Below, piece by piece: positions 1-12,099 of a stretch of DNA of 31,368 nt. The notes beneath the pieces are model-generated. The model made no database searches. It saw only the letters and a list, made by a program, of their open reading frames with translations, and was not told the origin of the DNA. The stretch spans positions 1 to 31,368 of the forward strand of contig NIVC01004921.1 in assembly GCA_002269645.1 (NCBI GenBank), in the 5' to 3' direction. Position 1 is the first letter of the stretch. Each line of letters begins with the position of its first letter. A program made the position numbers and the translations under genes. The DNA is from Macrostomum lignano (lineage: Eukaryota).

Positions 1-125
1 CTGCGGGCACGCGGTGGACCCAAATCAGCCTACTTGTTGGTTAGTCGCAGGACTCGAAACGGATATGAACGAATATAAAAATAAAAACAGCCTTAAATCA
101 TGACTACCGTAGTATTCTCAATACA

Positions 126-1328
126 GGAGAGGGCGACTCTAGGGAGGGCGAATCTAGGGGATTGTGATTCTAGGAAGGGCAACTCTAGGAGAGAGCGAAT
201 CTAGGGAGGGCGACTCTAGGGGAGGGCAATCTAGGGGAGAGTAACTCTAGAGAGGGCGACTCTAGGGAGGCAAATCTAGGGAGGGCGAATCTAGGGAGGG
301 CGAATCTAGGAGAGAGCGAATCTAGGGAGGGCGACTCTAGGGGAGGGCGAATCTAGGGGAGAGTAACTCTAGGGAGGGCGACTCTAGGGAGGGCAAATCT
401 AGGGAGGGCGAATCTAGGGAGGGCGAATCTAGGAGAGAGCGAATCTAGGGAGGGCGACTCTAGGGGAGGCGAATCTAGGGGAGAGTAACTCTAGGAGGGC
501 GACTCTATGGATGGCGAATCTAGGGAGGGCGAATCTAGGAGAGGGTGAATCTAGGGAGGGCGAATCTAGGGGAGGGCAACTTTAGGGGAGGGCGACTCTA
601 GGGAGGGCGAATCTAGGAGGGCGAATCTAGGGGAGGGCAACTTTAGGGAGGGCGACTCTAGGAGGGCGAATCTAGGGAGGGCGAATCTAGGAGAGGGTGA
701 TTCTAGGGAGGGCGAATCTAGGAGAGGGTGATTCTAGGGAGGGCGAATCTAGGGGAGGGCAACTTTAGGGGAGGGCGACTCTAGGGAGGGCGAATCTAGG
801 GAGGGCGAATCTAGGGGAGGGCAACTTTAGGGGAGGGCGACTCTAGGGAGGGCGAATCTAGGGAGGGCGAATCTAGGAGAGGGTGATTCTAGGGAGGGCG
901 AATCTAGGAGAGGGTGATTCTAGGGAGGGCGAATCTAGGGGAGGGCAACTTTAGGGGAGGGCGACTCTAGGGAGGGCGAATCTAGGGAGGGCGAATCTAG
1001 GGAGGGCAACTTTAGGGGAGGGCGACTCTAGGAGGGCGAATCTAGGGAAGGGCGAATCTAGGGAGGGCGAATCTAGGGGAGGGCGAATCTAGGAAGGCGA
1101 ATCTAGGGAGGGCGAATCTAGGAGAGAGCGAATCTAGGGGAGGGCGAATCTAGGGGAGGGCGAATCTAGGGAGGGCGAATCTAGGGGAGGGCGACTCTAG
1201 GAGAGAGCGAATCTAGGGAGGGCGAATCTAGGGGAGGGCGAATCTAGGGGAGGGTGAATCTAGGGAGGGCGATTCTAGGGAGGGCGAATCTAGGGAGGGC
1301 GAATCTAGGGGAGGGCGAATCTAGGGGA
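126..1328. repeat. G-rich minisatellite, 15-16 bp unit GGGAGGGCGAATCTA(G), probably in an intron of the zinc-finger gene
   Basis: Roughly 75 consecutive near-identical units visible, with variants GACTCT, CAACTTT and GTGATT. Confidence 0.97.
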
Positions 1329-1441
1329 GTTAATTAGATGGGAGTAGACGGGATCTTTACTTCAGCAGTCCACTCAGGTGCCCAAGTTGATAACCCCTTC
1401 ACAATGCATGTCATTAGCGTGTAATTGAGCTCGACACGCAC

Positions 1442-2593
1442 CTTCAGATAGCCCTGGTTGGCGTAGGTCTTGGCGCACACTGCGCACTGGTGCTTCTTGT
1501 CCGAGTGGTGCACCGGCAGGTGGCGCTTCAAGCTGGTCGGCGTGGCGAAGCTTTTGCCGCACTGCTTGCACACGTACGGCTTTTCTCCCGTGTGCGTCTC
1601 CAGGTGATTGCGCAGGTGGGCAAACAGGTGGAACCGGCGCTGGCAGACGTAGCAGGAGAAGCGCTTCTCCCGGTCCATGCTGAGCATTCGAGCGCGAACC
1701 ACGGCCACCGATGCTCGCTGGTGCTGGTGCTGCTGGTGCTGCTGAAGCAGCTGGCGTTGCTGCTGCTGGAACTGCTGCTGCTGTTGCTGCTGCTGGCGGC
1801 TCATCAGCAGGGTTGAAGCAGCTGGGGACGCTGACGCAGCCATGACCGTCTGCTGCTGCTGCTGCTGCTGCGAAGGCCGACTGGTAGAGGCGGCAGCGGC
1901 AGCGGCGGCGGTCTTCTGTATGGCAGCGCTGACGGGGCCGAAGTCCTGGCCGTGCTTGTCGGACAGGTAGTTGGCCAGCCGGGAGATGGTCGAGTTCAGC
2001 GTTGGCGCGTTGCTGCCGCGGCCGGCGCGCATCAGAGCCGCTCCGCTGCCGGCGCCGTCGTCGTCCTCGTCGGCAACGATCTCTTCCAGCTCGTCGAGTT
2101 CGTCGTCTGTGGCGGCCGAGGTGACCACAACCTCCTGGCCGGCCAGGGTGAACAGCGAGTCCACGGCGGCGTCGTCCACCGAGTCAACCGCAGCCGCCGC
2201 CTCCGCCGCTTCGGCCGCAGCCGCCGCCGCCGCAGCAGCAGCAGCCGCCGAGTTCGCCCCGACAATACGTCGGCCACCGCCAGAGCTCGCAGCCGCCGAC
2301 ACCGCGGTGGGTGTCGCAACATCGAGCGGCTCCTCCTTGACCAGCATGCGAGAGCCGCGGCCGGTGCGGACCTGCGGCCCGCCGGACAAAGACAGGTAGG
2401 TGGCAGCTCCGGCCCTGGGGGCGAACCGGTGCTTCAAGTTGTCCAGCAGCCTGTTGAACTCTTCGTCGTTGCAGCCGGGGCCCCCGCCGCCGCCGCCGCC
2501 GCCGGCGCCAAAGCCAGGGTAGGCGAAGTCGTCAAATACAATCTCCACTTCAGGCTCCTCAATGGGCCGCAACTGCGACTTCCGACTGCTCAT
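1442..2593 (-). CDS. C2H2 (Kruppel-type) zinc-finger transcription factor, coding exon (384 codons); gene continues toward the window start
   Basis: ORF has FSCYVCQRRFHLFAHLRNHLETH, the canonical TGEKPY linker, VCKQCGKSFATPTSLKRHLPVH, and a third finger HQCAVCAKTYANQGYLK cut at AAG|GTGCGT (phase-0 donor at 1441-1440) before its His pair. N-terminal part has poly-Gly, poly-Ala and poly-Gln. ORF residues after 1442 (VRVELN...) are probably intron read-through. Confidence 0.9.
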
Positions 2594-2944
2594 TTCGGGT
2601 AGTTAGAATTGAAATAGTCTTCAAATTAGGGTATTTTGTTATTTTAACAGATTTGCAGCTTGAGCAGAAACGGCAAAAGTTGTTTAAATAAGTCACTGGT
2701 ATGGGATGAGCTGCCATAGACACAGAGGAGCACCCACCCGGATGCGTACGCAAGGGACCCTTTATCAATAAATTAGGGTCCCTTGCAGTAGTCAGTAGTT
2801 TATCTGCGCATTGTCACTTAAAATTTAATGTCGCAGCTAAAAATTAAGCTTCTTCCTACGGGCTTGTGGGCCTGGGGTTATGAAGGAACAGCAAGTTATT
2901 CATTTAATTCGATGTACACAAGTGACTGCAAGACGGACGAAACT

Positions 2945-3069
2945 CAGACTAGGGGGCAGGCCCAATCTAGCTCAGCCAATGAGAGAGCAGTAAGGAGAGA
3001 GGTCAAAGTTAAACAGACGAAACACAGACTAGAGGCAGGCCCAATCTAGCTCAGCCAATGAGAGAGCAG
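2945..3069. promoter_or_regulatory. Direct duplication of a ~45 bp segment carrying two CCAAT motifs per copy, upstream of the zinc-finger ATG
   Basis: CAGACTAG(GG/A)GGCAGGCCCAATCTAGCTCAGCCAATGAGAGAGCAG at 2945-2990 and 3025-3069. The duplication is seen directly; promoter function is inferred. Confidence 0.45.
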
Positions 3070-4028
3070 CGAAAAAAGAGGTGAAAGGCGGACACATGCA
3101 CAAAAGAGAGAAAAAAATAAACTCTCACTTTGCACACGCACTAGAATTTGGGTTTTTCTTAGTTTTCCTGCAATCTTCAATCTTAAATTGATTTTAGAGA
3201 GCCAACCCCTGAGGTCCGGAGTCTGTACATCCTGGCGATAAGAAAGTCAAAGGGCCTGCCAGAAAAGTCAGACTCGTTTACCGCCGAGCTGTTCCACCCC
3301 TAAGACTCCGAACTCCCAGATTCCTGAGCTCAACGCGCAGTTAACGCCTATTCCTATTACACGAAAAGATAATGAAGCAAAAAGATGGCTGACAAAGCTG
3401 CAATGCCCCTCCCAAAGTCAGCCATCATCCATCAGCCAACTCTTCAAGAGTCCCCCCTCGGTCACCCGACCACCCTAGCCATTAGCATAGAGAGCAGGGT
3501 GATCAAGGACGAGCTCGGGATCCGAGAGGATCAGCCCAAGGGATTGGCCCCGCGCCCATTTCTAACAGTGTTTTTTAATCCAGATGAGAGAAAAGGCCTC
3601 TGAGAAATGCATCCTGAGCCTATGGGATGAAAATCTCCAAGCGATATCCCAATGCTGAGTCTGGGATTCTGTCTAGATTGGACTCTGCTTTGACAGACAG
3701 GCCAGCGTTTGGGGAATAAAAATATTGGGGAAGCGAGCAGAACTGACCCTCAATTCTAGATATTTCTGGAAAATAACAATTGGCTGCGATAGAGAGTCAG
3801 AGCATAGTTAAAATACTAGCAATAAATGATGAGATTATTTATGCAAATAAAGGCATGTGGCGAGGCGATAATGAAGTAAAGCTTGTGGGATTCTCCAATA
3901 CAGTAAGGACAAGAGGAGCGGCACGAAATGTTTTTGCGTCTACCGAGTATATGAGCTGTTAGTGGCGAAACAGTTCTTGCAACTTCTAGAAAGTATTATT
4001 TATAATATGCTTGTCTAACTATGCACCC

Positions 4029-4649
4029 GACTCAAATCTGAGCACTCAGACAACCAACTCAAATCTGAGCACTCAAATAACCAACTCAAATCTGAGCATT
4101 CAGACAACCAAAACTCAAATCTGAGCACTCAAATAACCAACTCAAATCTGAGCATTCAGACAACCAACTCAAATCTGAGCACTCAAATAACCAACTCAAA
4201 TCTGAGCATTCAGACAACCAACTCAAATCTGAGCATTCAGACAACCAACTCAAATCTGAGCATTCAGACAACCAACTCAAATCTGAGCATTCAGACAACC
4301 AACTCAAATCTGAGCATTCAGACAACCAACTCAAATCTGAGCATTCAGACAACCAACTCAAATCTGAGCATTCAGACAACCAACTCAAATCTGAGCACTC
4401 AAATAACCAACTCAAATCTGAGCATTCAGACAACCAACTCAAATCTGAGCATTCAGACAACCAACTCAAATCTGAGCACTCAAATAACCAACTCAAATCT
4501 GAGCATTCAGACAACCAACTCAAATCTGAGCACTCAAATAACCAACTCAAATCTGAGCATTCAGACAACCAACTCAAATCTGAGCATTCAGACAACCAAC
4601 TCAAATCTGAGCACTCAGACAACCAACTCAAATCTGAGCACTCAGACAC
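4029..4649. repeat. 27 bp minisatellite CAACTCAAATCTGAGCA(TTCAGAC/CTCAAAT)AAC, about 23 copies
   Basis: Two alternating unit variants; explains the SECSDLSWL-repeat ORF. Confidence 0.97.
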
Positions 4650-4845
4650 ACAAACTAAATAACAGCAGAACCGGACTGAAAAGGCCTGTCAACTTTAGCT
4701 CATAACTAGCAATCTTCGCCCCCCGTTGGGGGACATCTGGATAGAATCTCTGTTCTCTACAAGTAACAAAAAGACAGCCAAATAAAGCCTTCACAAAGAC
4801 GACAGACAAACTGCTCAAATAAAGTGTAATGCAAAAAAAAATCAT

Positions 4846-5396
4846 CCCAAGACAGCAAGCATCCCAAGATAGCAAGCATCCCCCAGATTGCAAGCATCCC
4901 CTAGATAGCAAGCATCCCCCACATAGCAAGCATCCCCCAAATAGCAAGCATCCCCCAGATAGCAAGCATCCCCCCAGATAGCAGGCACCCCCAGATAGCA
5001 AGCACCCCCCAGATAGCAGGCACCCCCCATATAGCAAGCACTCCCCAGATAGCAGGCACCCCCCAGATAGCAAGCATCCCCCAGATAGCAAGCACCCCAG
5101 ATAGCAAGCGACCCCAGATAGCAGGAACCCCCAGATAGCAGGCACCCCCAGATAGCAAGCACACCAGATAGCAAGCACCCCCAGATAGCAAACACCCCAG
5201 ATAGCAAGCACCCCCAGATAGCAAGCACCACCAGATAGCTAGCACCCCCAGATAGCAGGCACCCCCAGATAGCAGGCACCCCCAGATAGCAAGCACCTCC
5301 AGATAGCAAGCACCCCCAGATAGCAAGCACCACCAGATAGCAAGCACCCCCAGATAGCAGGCTCTCCCAGATAGCAAGCACCCCCAGATAGCAGGC
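4846..5396. repeat. 16-18 bp minisatellite CCCCAGATAGCAAGCA(C/T)
   Basis: About 33 units; abuts the next array with no spacer at 5396/5397. A related array lies at 12222-12440. Confidence 0.96.
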
Positions 5397-8300
5397 GACA
5401 TGGTGGCTTTTTACTGTTAGACATGGTGGCTCTTTAATGTTCGACATGGTGGTTCTTTAATGTTCGACATGGTGGCTCTTTACTGTTAGACATGGTGGCT
5501 CTTTAATGTTCGATATGGTGGCACTTTAATGTTTGACATCATGCCAGATTTATGTTCGACATGGTGGCTCTTTAATGTTCGAAATGGTGGCTCTTTTATG
5601 TTCGACATGGTGGCTCTTTAATGTTCGACATGGTGGTTCTTTAATGTTCGACATGGTGGCTCTTTACTGTTAGACATGGTGGCTCTTTAATGTTCGATAT
5701 GGTGGCACTTTAATGTTTGACATCATGCCAGATTTATGTTTGACATGGTGGCTCTTTAATGTTCGACATGGTGGCTCTTTTAGGTTTGACATGGTGGCTC
5801 TTTAATGTTCGACATGGTGGTTCTTTAATGTTCGACATGGTGGCTCTTTACTGTTAGACATGGTGGCTCTTTAATGTTCGATATGGTGGCACTTTAATGT
5901 TTGACATCATGCCAGATTTATGTTTGACATGGTGGCTCTTTAATGTTCGACATGATGGCTCTTTTAGGTTTGACATGGTGGCTCTTTAATGTTCCACATG
6001 GTGGCCCTTTAATGTTCGACATGGTGGCTCTTTATTGTTAGACATGGTGGCTCTTTAATGTTCGATATGGTGGCACTTTAATGTTTGACATCATGCCAGA
6101 TTTATGTTTGACATGGTGGCTCTTTAATGTTTGACATGGTGGCTCTTTTAGGTTTGACATGGTGGCTCTTTAATGTTCCACATGGTGGCCCTTTAATGTT
6201 CGACATGGTGGCTCTTTAATGTCAGACATGGTGGCTCTTTAATGTTCGACATGGTGGCTCTTTAATGTTCGACATGGTTGCTCTTTAATGTTCGAAATGG
6301 TGGCTCCTTAATGTTTGAAATAAAATCACATATATGTTAGACATAAAGTCACATATATGTTTGACATAAAGTCACATATATGTTTGACATAAAGTCACAT
6401 TTATGTTTGACATAAAGTCACATATATGTTTGACATAAAGTCACATATATGTTTGACATAAAGTCACATATATGTTTGACATAAAGTCACATATATGTTT
6501 GACATAAAGTCACATTTATGTTTGACATAAAGTCACATATATGTTTGACATAAAGTCACATATATGTTCGACATGGTGGCTCTTTTTAACATCTGACATG
6601 GTGGCTCTTCTATGTTTAACATGGTGGCTCTTTTATGTTTGACATGGTGGCTCTTTAATGTTCTTCATGGTGGCTCTTTAATGTTCGACATGGTGGCTCT
6701 TTAATGTTCGACATGGTGGCTCTTTAATGTTCGACATGGTTGCTCTTTAATGTTCGAAATGGTGGCTCCTTAATGTTTGAAATAAAGTCACATATATGTT
6801 AGACATGGTGGCTCTTTTTAACATCTGACATGGTGGCTCTTCTATGTTTAACATGGTGGCTCTTTTATGTTTGACATGGTGGCTCTTTAATGTTCTTCAT
6901 GGTGGCTCTTTAATGTTCGACATGGTGGCTCTTTAATGTTCGACATGGTGGCTCTTTAATGTTCGACATGGTTGCTCTTTAATGTTCGAAATGGTGGCTC
7001 CTTAATGTTTGAAATAAAGTCACATATATGTTAGACATGGTGGCTCTTTTTAACATCTGACATGGTGGCTCTTCTATGTTTAACATGGTGGCTCTTTTAT
7101 GTTTGACATGGTGGCTCTTTAATGTTCTTCATGGTGGCTCTTTAATGTTCGACATGGTGGCTCTTTGATGTTCTTCATGGTGGCTCTTTTTTGTTCGACA
7201 TGGTGGCTCTTTTTTGTTCTACATGGTAACTCTTTTATGTTTGATACGGTGGCTTTTTAATGTCTGACATGTTGGCTCTTTTATGTTTGACATGGTGGCT
7301 CTTTAATGTTCGACAAAGTGGCTCTTTAATGTTTGACATGGTGGCTATTGTTTGATATGCTGGCTCTTTAATTTTCGAAATAGTGGCTCTTCAATGTTTG
7401 AAATGGTGGCTCTTTTATGTTCAACATGGTGGCTCTTTTAGGTTTGACATGGTGGCTCTTAAATGTTTCACATGGTGGCTCTTTAATTTTTAACATGGTG
7501 GCTCTTTGATGTTCTTCATGATATAGCTCTTTTATGTTACACATGGTGGCACTTTAATGTTCGACATGGTTGCTCTTTAATGTTTGACATAAAGTCACAT
7601 ATATGTTTGACATGGTGGCTCTTAAATGTTTGACATGGTGGCTCTTTAATGTTCGACATGGTAGCTCTTTTATGTTCGACATGGTGGCTCTTAAATGTTT
7701 GACATGGTGGCTCTTAAATGTTTGACATGGTGGCTCTTTAATATTCTACATGGTGGCTCTTTTATGTTCGACATGGTGGCTCTTTCATGTTCTTCATGGT
7801 ATAGCTCTTTTATGTTAGACATGGTGGCTCTTTAATGTTCGACATAGTGGCTTTTTAAGGTTTGAAATGGTAACTCTTTAATGTTTGACATAAAGTCACA
7901 TATATGTTTGACATGGTGGCTCCTAAATGTTTGACATGGTGGCTCCTAAATGTTTGACATGTTGGCTCTTTTATGTTTGACATGGTGGCTCTTTAATGTT
8001 CGACAAAGTGGCTCTTTAATGTTTGACATGGTGGCTCTTAAATGTTCGACATGGTGGCTCTTTAATGTTCGACATGGTGGCTCTTTAATGTTCGAAATGG
8101 TGGCTCTTTTATGTTCGACATGGTGGCTCTTTAATGTTTGACATAGTGGCTTCTAATTGTTTGACATGGTGGCTCTTTAATGTTCAAAATGGTGGCTCTT
8201 TAATGTTCGAAATGGTGGCTCTTTAATGTTCGAAATGGTGGCTCTTTTATGTTTGACATGGTGGCTCTTTAATGTTCGACATGGTAGCTCTTTTATGTTC

Positions 8301-9010
8301 GACATGGTGGCTCTTAAATGTTTGACATGGTGGCTCTTAAATGTTTGACATGGTGGCTCTTTAATATTCTACATGGTGGCTCTTTTATGTTCGACATGGT
8401 GGCTCTTTCATGTTCTTCATGGTATAGCTCTTTTATGTTAGACATGGTGGCTCTTTAATGTTCGACATAGTGGCTTTTAAGGTTTGAAATGGTAACTCTT
8501 TAATGTTTGACATAAAGTCACATATATGTTTGACATGGTGGCTCCTAAATGTTTGACATGGTGGCTCCTAAATGTTTGACATGTTGGCTCTTTTATGTTT
8601 GACATGGTGGCTCTTTAATGTTCGACAAAGTGGCTCTTTAATGTTTGACATGGTGGCTCTTAAATGTTCGACATGGTGGCTCTTTAATGTTCGACATGGT
8701 GGCTCTTTAATGTTCGAAATGGTGGCTCTTTTATGTTCGACATGGTGGCTCTTTAATGTTTGACATGGTGGCTTCTAATTGTTTGACATGGTGGCTCTTT
8801 AATGTTCAAAATGGTGGCTCTTTAATGTTCGAAATGGTGGCTCTTTAATGTTCGAAATGGTGGCTCTTTTATGTTTGACATGGTGGCTCTTTTATGTTTG
8901 ACCTGGTGGCTCTTTTATGTTTGACATGGTGGCTCTTCTATGTTTGATATGTTAACTCTTTTATGTTCGATATGTTGGCTCTTCTATGTTTGACATTGCG
9001 CTTCTTTGAT
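5397..9010. repeat. 23 bp minisatellite GACATGGTGGCTCTTTAATGTTC with higher-order structure (~3.6 kb)
   Basis: About 155 units; includes an island of the variant TTTGACATAAAGTCACATATATG at ~6320-6565 and higher-order periods of 184, 232 and ~622 bp. Confidence 0.97.
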
Positions 9011-9044
9011 GTTTAGCAGTTTTGTTGTGTTTTTAAGGTGTTTT

Positions 9045-9130
9045 AATAAAAAATATCTTTTTGTACTACTAAGATTCGAACCCAGGTTGCTACAATAGCA
9101 TTCCAGTCTGTTCGCATCAGGGCTATCTCT
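9045..9130 (-). pseudogene. tRNA-derived (SINE-head-like) Pol III module, copy A
   Basis: Minus strand reads TAGCCCTG (A-box-like), then CTGGG-TTCGAAT-CTTAG (B box; T-arm pairs with G-U wobbles), then TTTTTT at 9048-9053. No complete cloverleaf. Confidence 0.6.
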
Positions 9131-10056
9131 TTTCAATTGGAGAACATGAATTGTGGCCCTTATAATTCAATTCTTACAGCAAGTCAATCGGAGTAAAAAG
9201 TTATGACATAATCAATTTCTCAGTCAGCCAGTATCAGTCTCAATTTAAGTTAGCAATATGGTTACGCAATTTAAATCAAGTCGTGTGTGCATTTCTTCGG
9301 CACTGTTTTCAACTTGTTGTGATGCAATCTTTATCACAATCGGAATTCAGTCAGTCAGTTTTTTCTCTAGCATTCTTACAATGCATTTCAAGTCGAAAAT
9401 TTGGCTTGACCTTTGCAAAAAAGCATGTTTTTCGAATATTTAATCCCTTTAACATTGAGCAATTTCTTAGCCAAGATGCATGTACCGTCCCAGGAAAATT
9501 TCTGATCGAATGGTGCAAGTTTGAAGAAAATCGGTTAAGCCAATTTTCTGAAATCTATCGCATAGCTACAGACATTTCATTTTTAGTATATGGGACTAGC
9601 TAAAGTTTTGCCCCCTTCGGGAGCAGAAATAATTAATATTCGTCTAATATAATATACCTTTTAGCAGGAGTACTTTAAGTGTTTTTCTTAAGCTTAAGCT
9701 TAAAATAGGAATTTTTGGAGATCGTTAATAACGCATTTTAGGTAAAACAAAACTATCAACTTTTTACAGTTTTTAGTTTAGAGCCCTGTATATGTCAACG
9801 TGTTTGATAAAAATTATTTTTATCATTTTTGATAAAAAATGGCCTTCGGGGTGGCCAATAAGCAAGGGACGAATCCTTTTAAATGAAAAAAAATTCTTAG
9901 GGAGGGGGGCTAGGAATCGAATTCTCATTTTAATTCCAGGCTTATGTACCAATAAAACATGTTTGTGCAGAATTTTATAACAGACATTGAAATTCAACCA
10001 TACTTGCCTTCTTTCAGAGCTACTTCTACCAGTATGCTTCAGTACGCTACCAGTAC

Positions 10057-10990
10057 CCTTGTAAGCCTTGACATGTCAGCAATCCCCCCCCACAAGCCTT
10101 AACATATCAACTCCCCCCTTGACATCTCAGCAATGCTCCCACAAGCCTTGAAATCTTAAAAAATCTGTCTATTTTCTAACCCTAACCCTAACCCTAACCC
10201 TAACCCTAAAGCATTGAAATTTCAGTAATTCTCTCTAAGAGTCTATAGCACTACTACAGCATTATAGCGATTCCCTGCAAGCCTCGACATCGTAGGGATT
10301 CCCAAATGAATCTCTTAACTTTGACATGAAGCTTCTTTTTTTTTACATTACGCTTTTTCTATCAGCGATCCCTCCCGTGAGGAGCCGACAAATAATGTAA
10401 TAACTTTTTTCCAATAAACTACATGTAGCTTCTGACATTAGCCTTGACATCTCATTTATTCCCCCGTGAGCCTTGACATCTCAGCTATAGATAGATAGAT
10501 AGATTCCCCTCGTAAGCCTTGACATGTCAGCGATGCCCCCATAAACCTTGAAATCTAAAAAATCCCCTGTTAACCTTGAAACGCGCTAAAATCTAACCCT
10601 CAACCCAAACCTGACGTAAACCTAACTTTCACCCAACCTAAAGCCTTGAAATCACAGCAATTCTTCTTCCCTAAGCCTTGGCATTTAAGTGATTCCTTCT
10701 TTAAGAATCACAGCACTATAACGATTCCCTCCAAGCTTTGACATCGTAGCAATTCCCAAATGAATCTTTTAACTTTGACATGACTTTTATTTTATGTATA
10801 CATAGTGCTCCTTTTATTTTTATATGACTCTTCTTCTATTAGCGCCCCCCCACCGTGGCAAGCCAACAAAGAATGCAATAAAAAACTTAAGTAAAGTACA
10901 TGTACTTTGAAGTAGCTTCTGACTTTTGCTTTAACATCTCAGAAACCCCCCTGTAATCTCAGTTATTCTCTGTGAGCCTTGACGTCTCAG
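10057..10990. repeat. Old diverged tandem duplication (~450 bp period) built from eroded CCTTGACAT(C/G)TCAGC motifs
   Basis: GTAAGCCTTGACATGTCAGC at 10061 and 10512; CCCAAATGAATCT(C/T)TTAACTTTGACATGA at ~10301 and ~10755; a (GATA)n microsatellite at the junction (~10487-10504). Confidence 0.75.
10176..10209. repeat. Interstitial telomere-type repeat (CCCTAA)5
   Basis: Five perfect CCCTAA hexamers plus a partial one; decayed counterpart at ~10594-10642. Confidence 0.9.
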
Positions 10991-11169
10991 TAATTCTCCC
11001 CAGCACAGCACTGTACTATAGCTTCATTTAATTTTTATATGACATTTCTTTCATGTCTGACATGACGCTTCTTTTGATTTTTACGTTACGCTTCTTTTAT
11101 TCTTCCATGATGCTTCTTAATTTTTTAAATGACACACTTTCATTAGTTTTTATATGAGGCTTCTATAAT

Positions 11170-12070
11170 TTTTTCATGACGCTTCTATGCTTGTTTACAT
11201 GACGCTTGTATGATTTTTACATGACGCTTCTATGATTGTTTACATGACGCTTGTATGATTGTTTACATGACGCTTCTATGATTTTTACATGACGCTTTTA
11301 TGATTTTTACATGACGCTTCTATGATTTTTTACATGACGCTTCTATGATTTTTACATGACGCTTTTATGATTTTTACATGACGCTTCTATGATTTTTACA
11401 TGACGCTTCTATGATTTTTACATGACGCTTCTATGATTGTTTACATGACGCTTCTATGATTGTATACATGACGCTTCTATGATTGTTTACATGACGCTTC
11501 TATGATTGTATACATGACGCTTCTATGATTGTTTACATGACGCTTTTATGATTGTTTACATGACGCTTCTATGATTTTTACATGACGCTTCTATGATTTT
11601 TACATGACGCTTCTATGATTGTTTACATGACGCTTCTATGATTTTAACATGACGCTTCTATGATTTTTTTACATGACGCTTCTATGATTGTTTACATGAC
11701 GATTGTATGATTGTTTACATGACGCTTGTATGATTTTAACATGACGCTTCTATGATTGTTTACATTACGCTTCTATGATTGCTTGCATGACGCTTCTATG
11801 ATTTTTTATGACGCTTTTATGATTTTAACATGACGCTTCTATGATTTTTTTACATGACGCTTCTATGATTGTTTACATGACGCTTGTATGATTGTTTACA
11901 TGACGCTTTTATGATTTTAACATGACGCTTCTATGATTGTTTACATTACGCTTCTATGATTTTTACATGACGCTTCTATGATTTTTACATGACGCTTCTA
12001 TGATTGTTTACATGACGCTTCTATGATTGTTTACATGACGCTTGTATGATTGTTTACATGACGCTTCCAT
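11170..12070. repeat. 22-23 bp minisatellite ACATGACGCTTCTATGATT(G)TTT
   Basis: About 40 units; degenerate on the left (~11060-11180), homogeneous to the right. Confidence 0.96.
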
Positions 12071-12099
12071 AATTTTTTTTGTCTTGGCGTTAAAAGGCT

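Larger units (their letters stand above)
4706..9595 (-). mobile_element. Non-autonomous Helitron-like element E1 loaded with minisatellites
   Basis: On the minus strand the 5' end is TCCCATATACTAAAAATGAAATGTCTGTAGC (from 9595). The 3' end is a GC hairpin (plus 4719-4732 CCCCCC-GTT-GGGGG), about 10 nt, then CTAG (4706-4709) followed by T. No TIR, TSD or Rep/helicase ORF. 5' ~550 bp shared with E2. Confidence 0.72.

Noticed and set aside
105-135. TACCGTA as the left TIR of a MITE enclosing the first array
   Set aside because: No matching TACGGTA end was found on the right of the array.
1490-2602. Plus-strand and alternative-frame ORFs overlapping the zinc-finger exon
   Set aside because: They are antisense or off-frame shadows of GC-rich coding DNA with no domains.
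3120-3962. Short ORFs upstream of the zinc-finger gene as a retroelement remnant
   Set aside because: No RT, integrase or gag motif was recognised in manual translation.
4086-5447. Repeat-peptide ORFs (SECSDLSWL, GGCLLS/ACYLG)
   Set aside because: They are translations of minisatellites with no start context, splice signals or unique sequence.
9258-9603. Similar ORFs at 9283-9603 and 14433-14705 suggesting a duplicated gene
   Set aside because: They lie in the shared Helitron core, have no Rep/helicase motifs, and differ at their ends; similarity reflects the DNA repeat.
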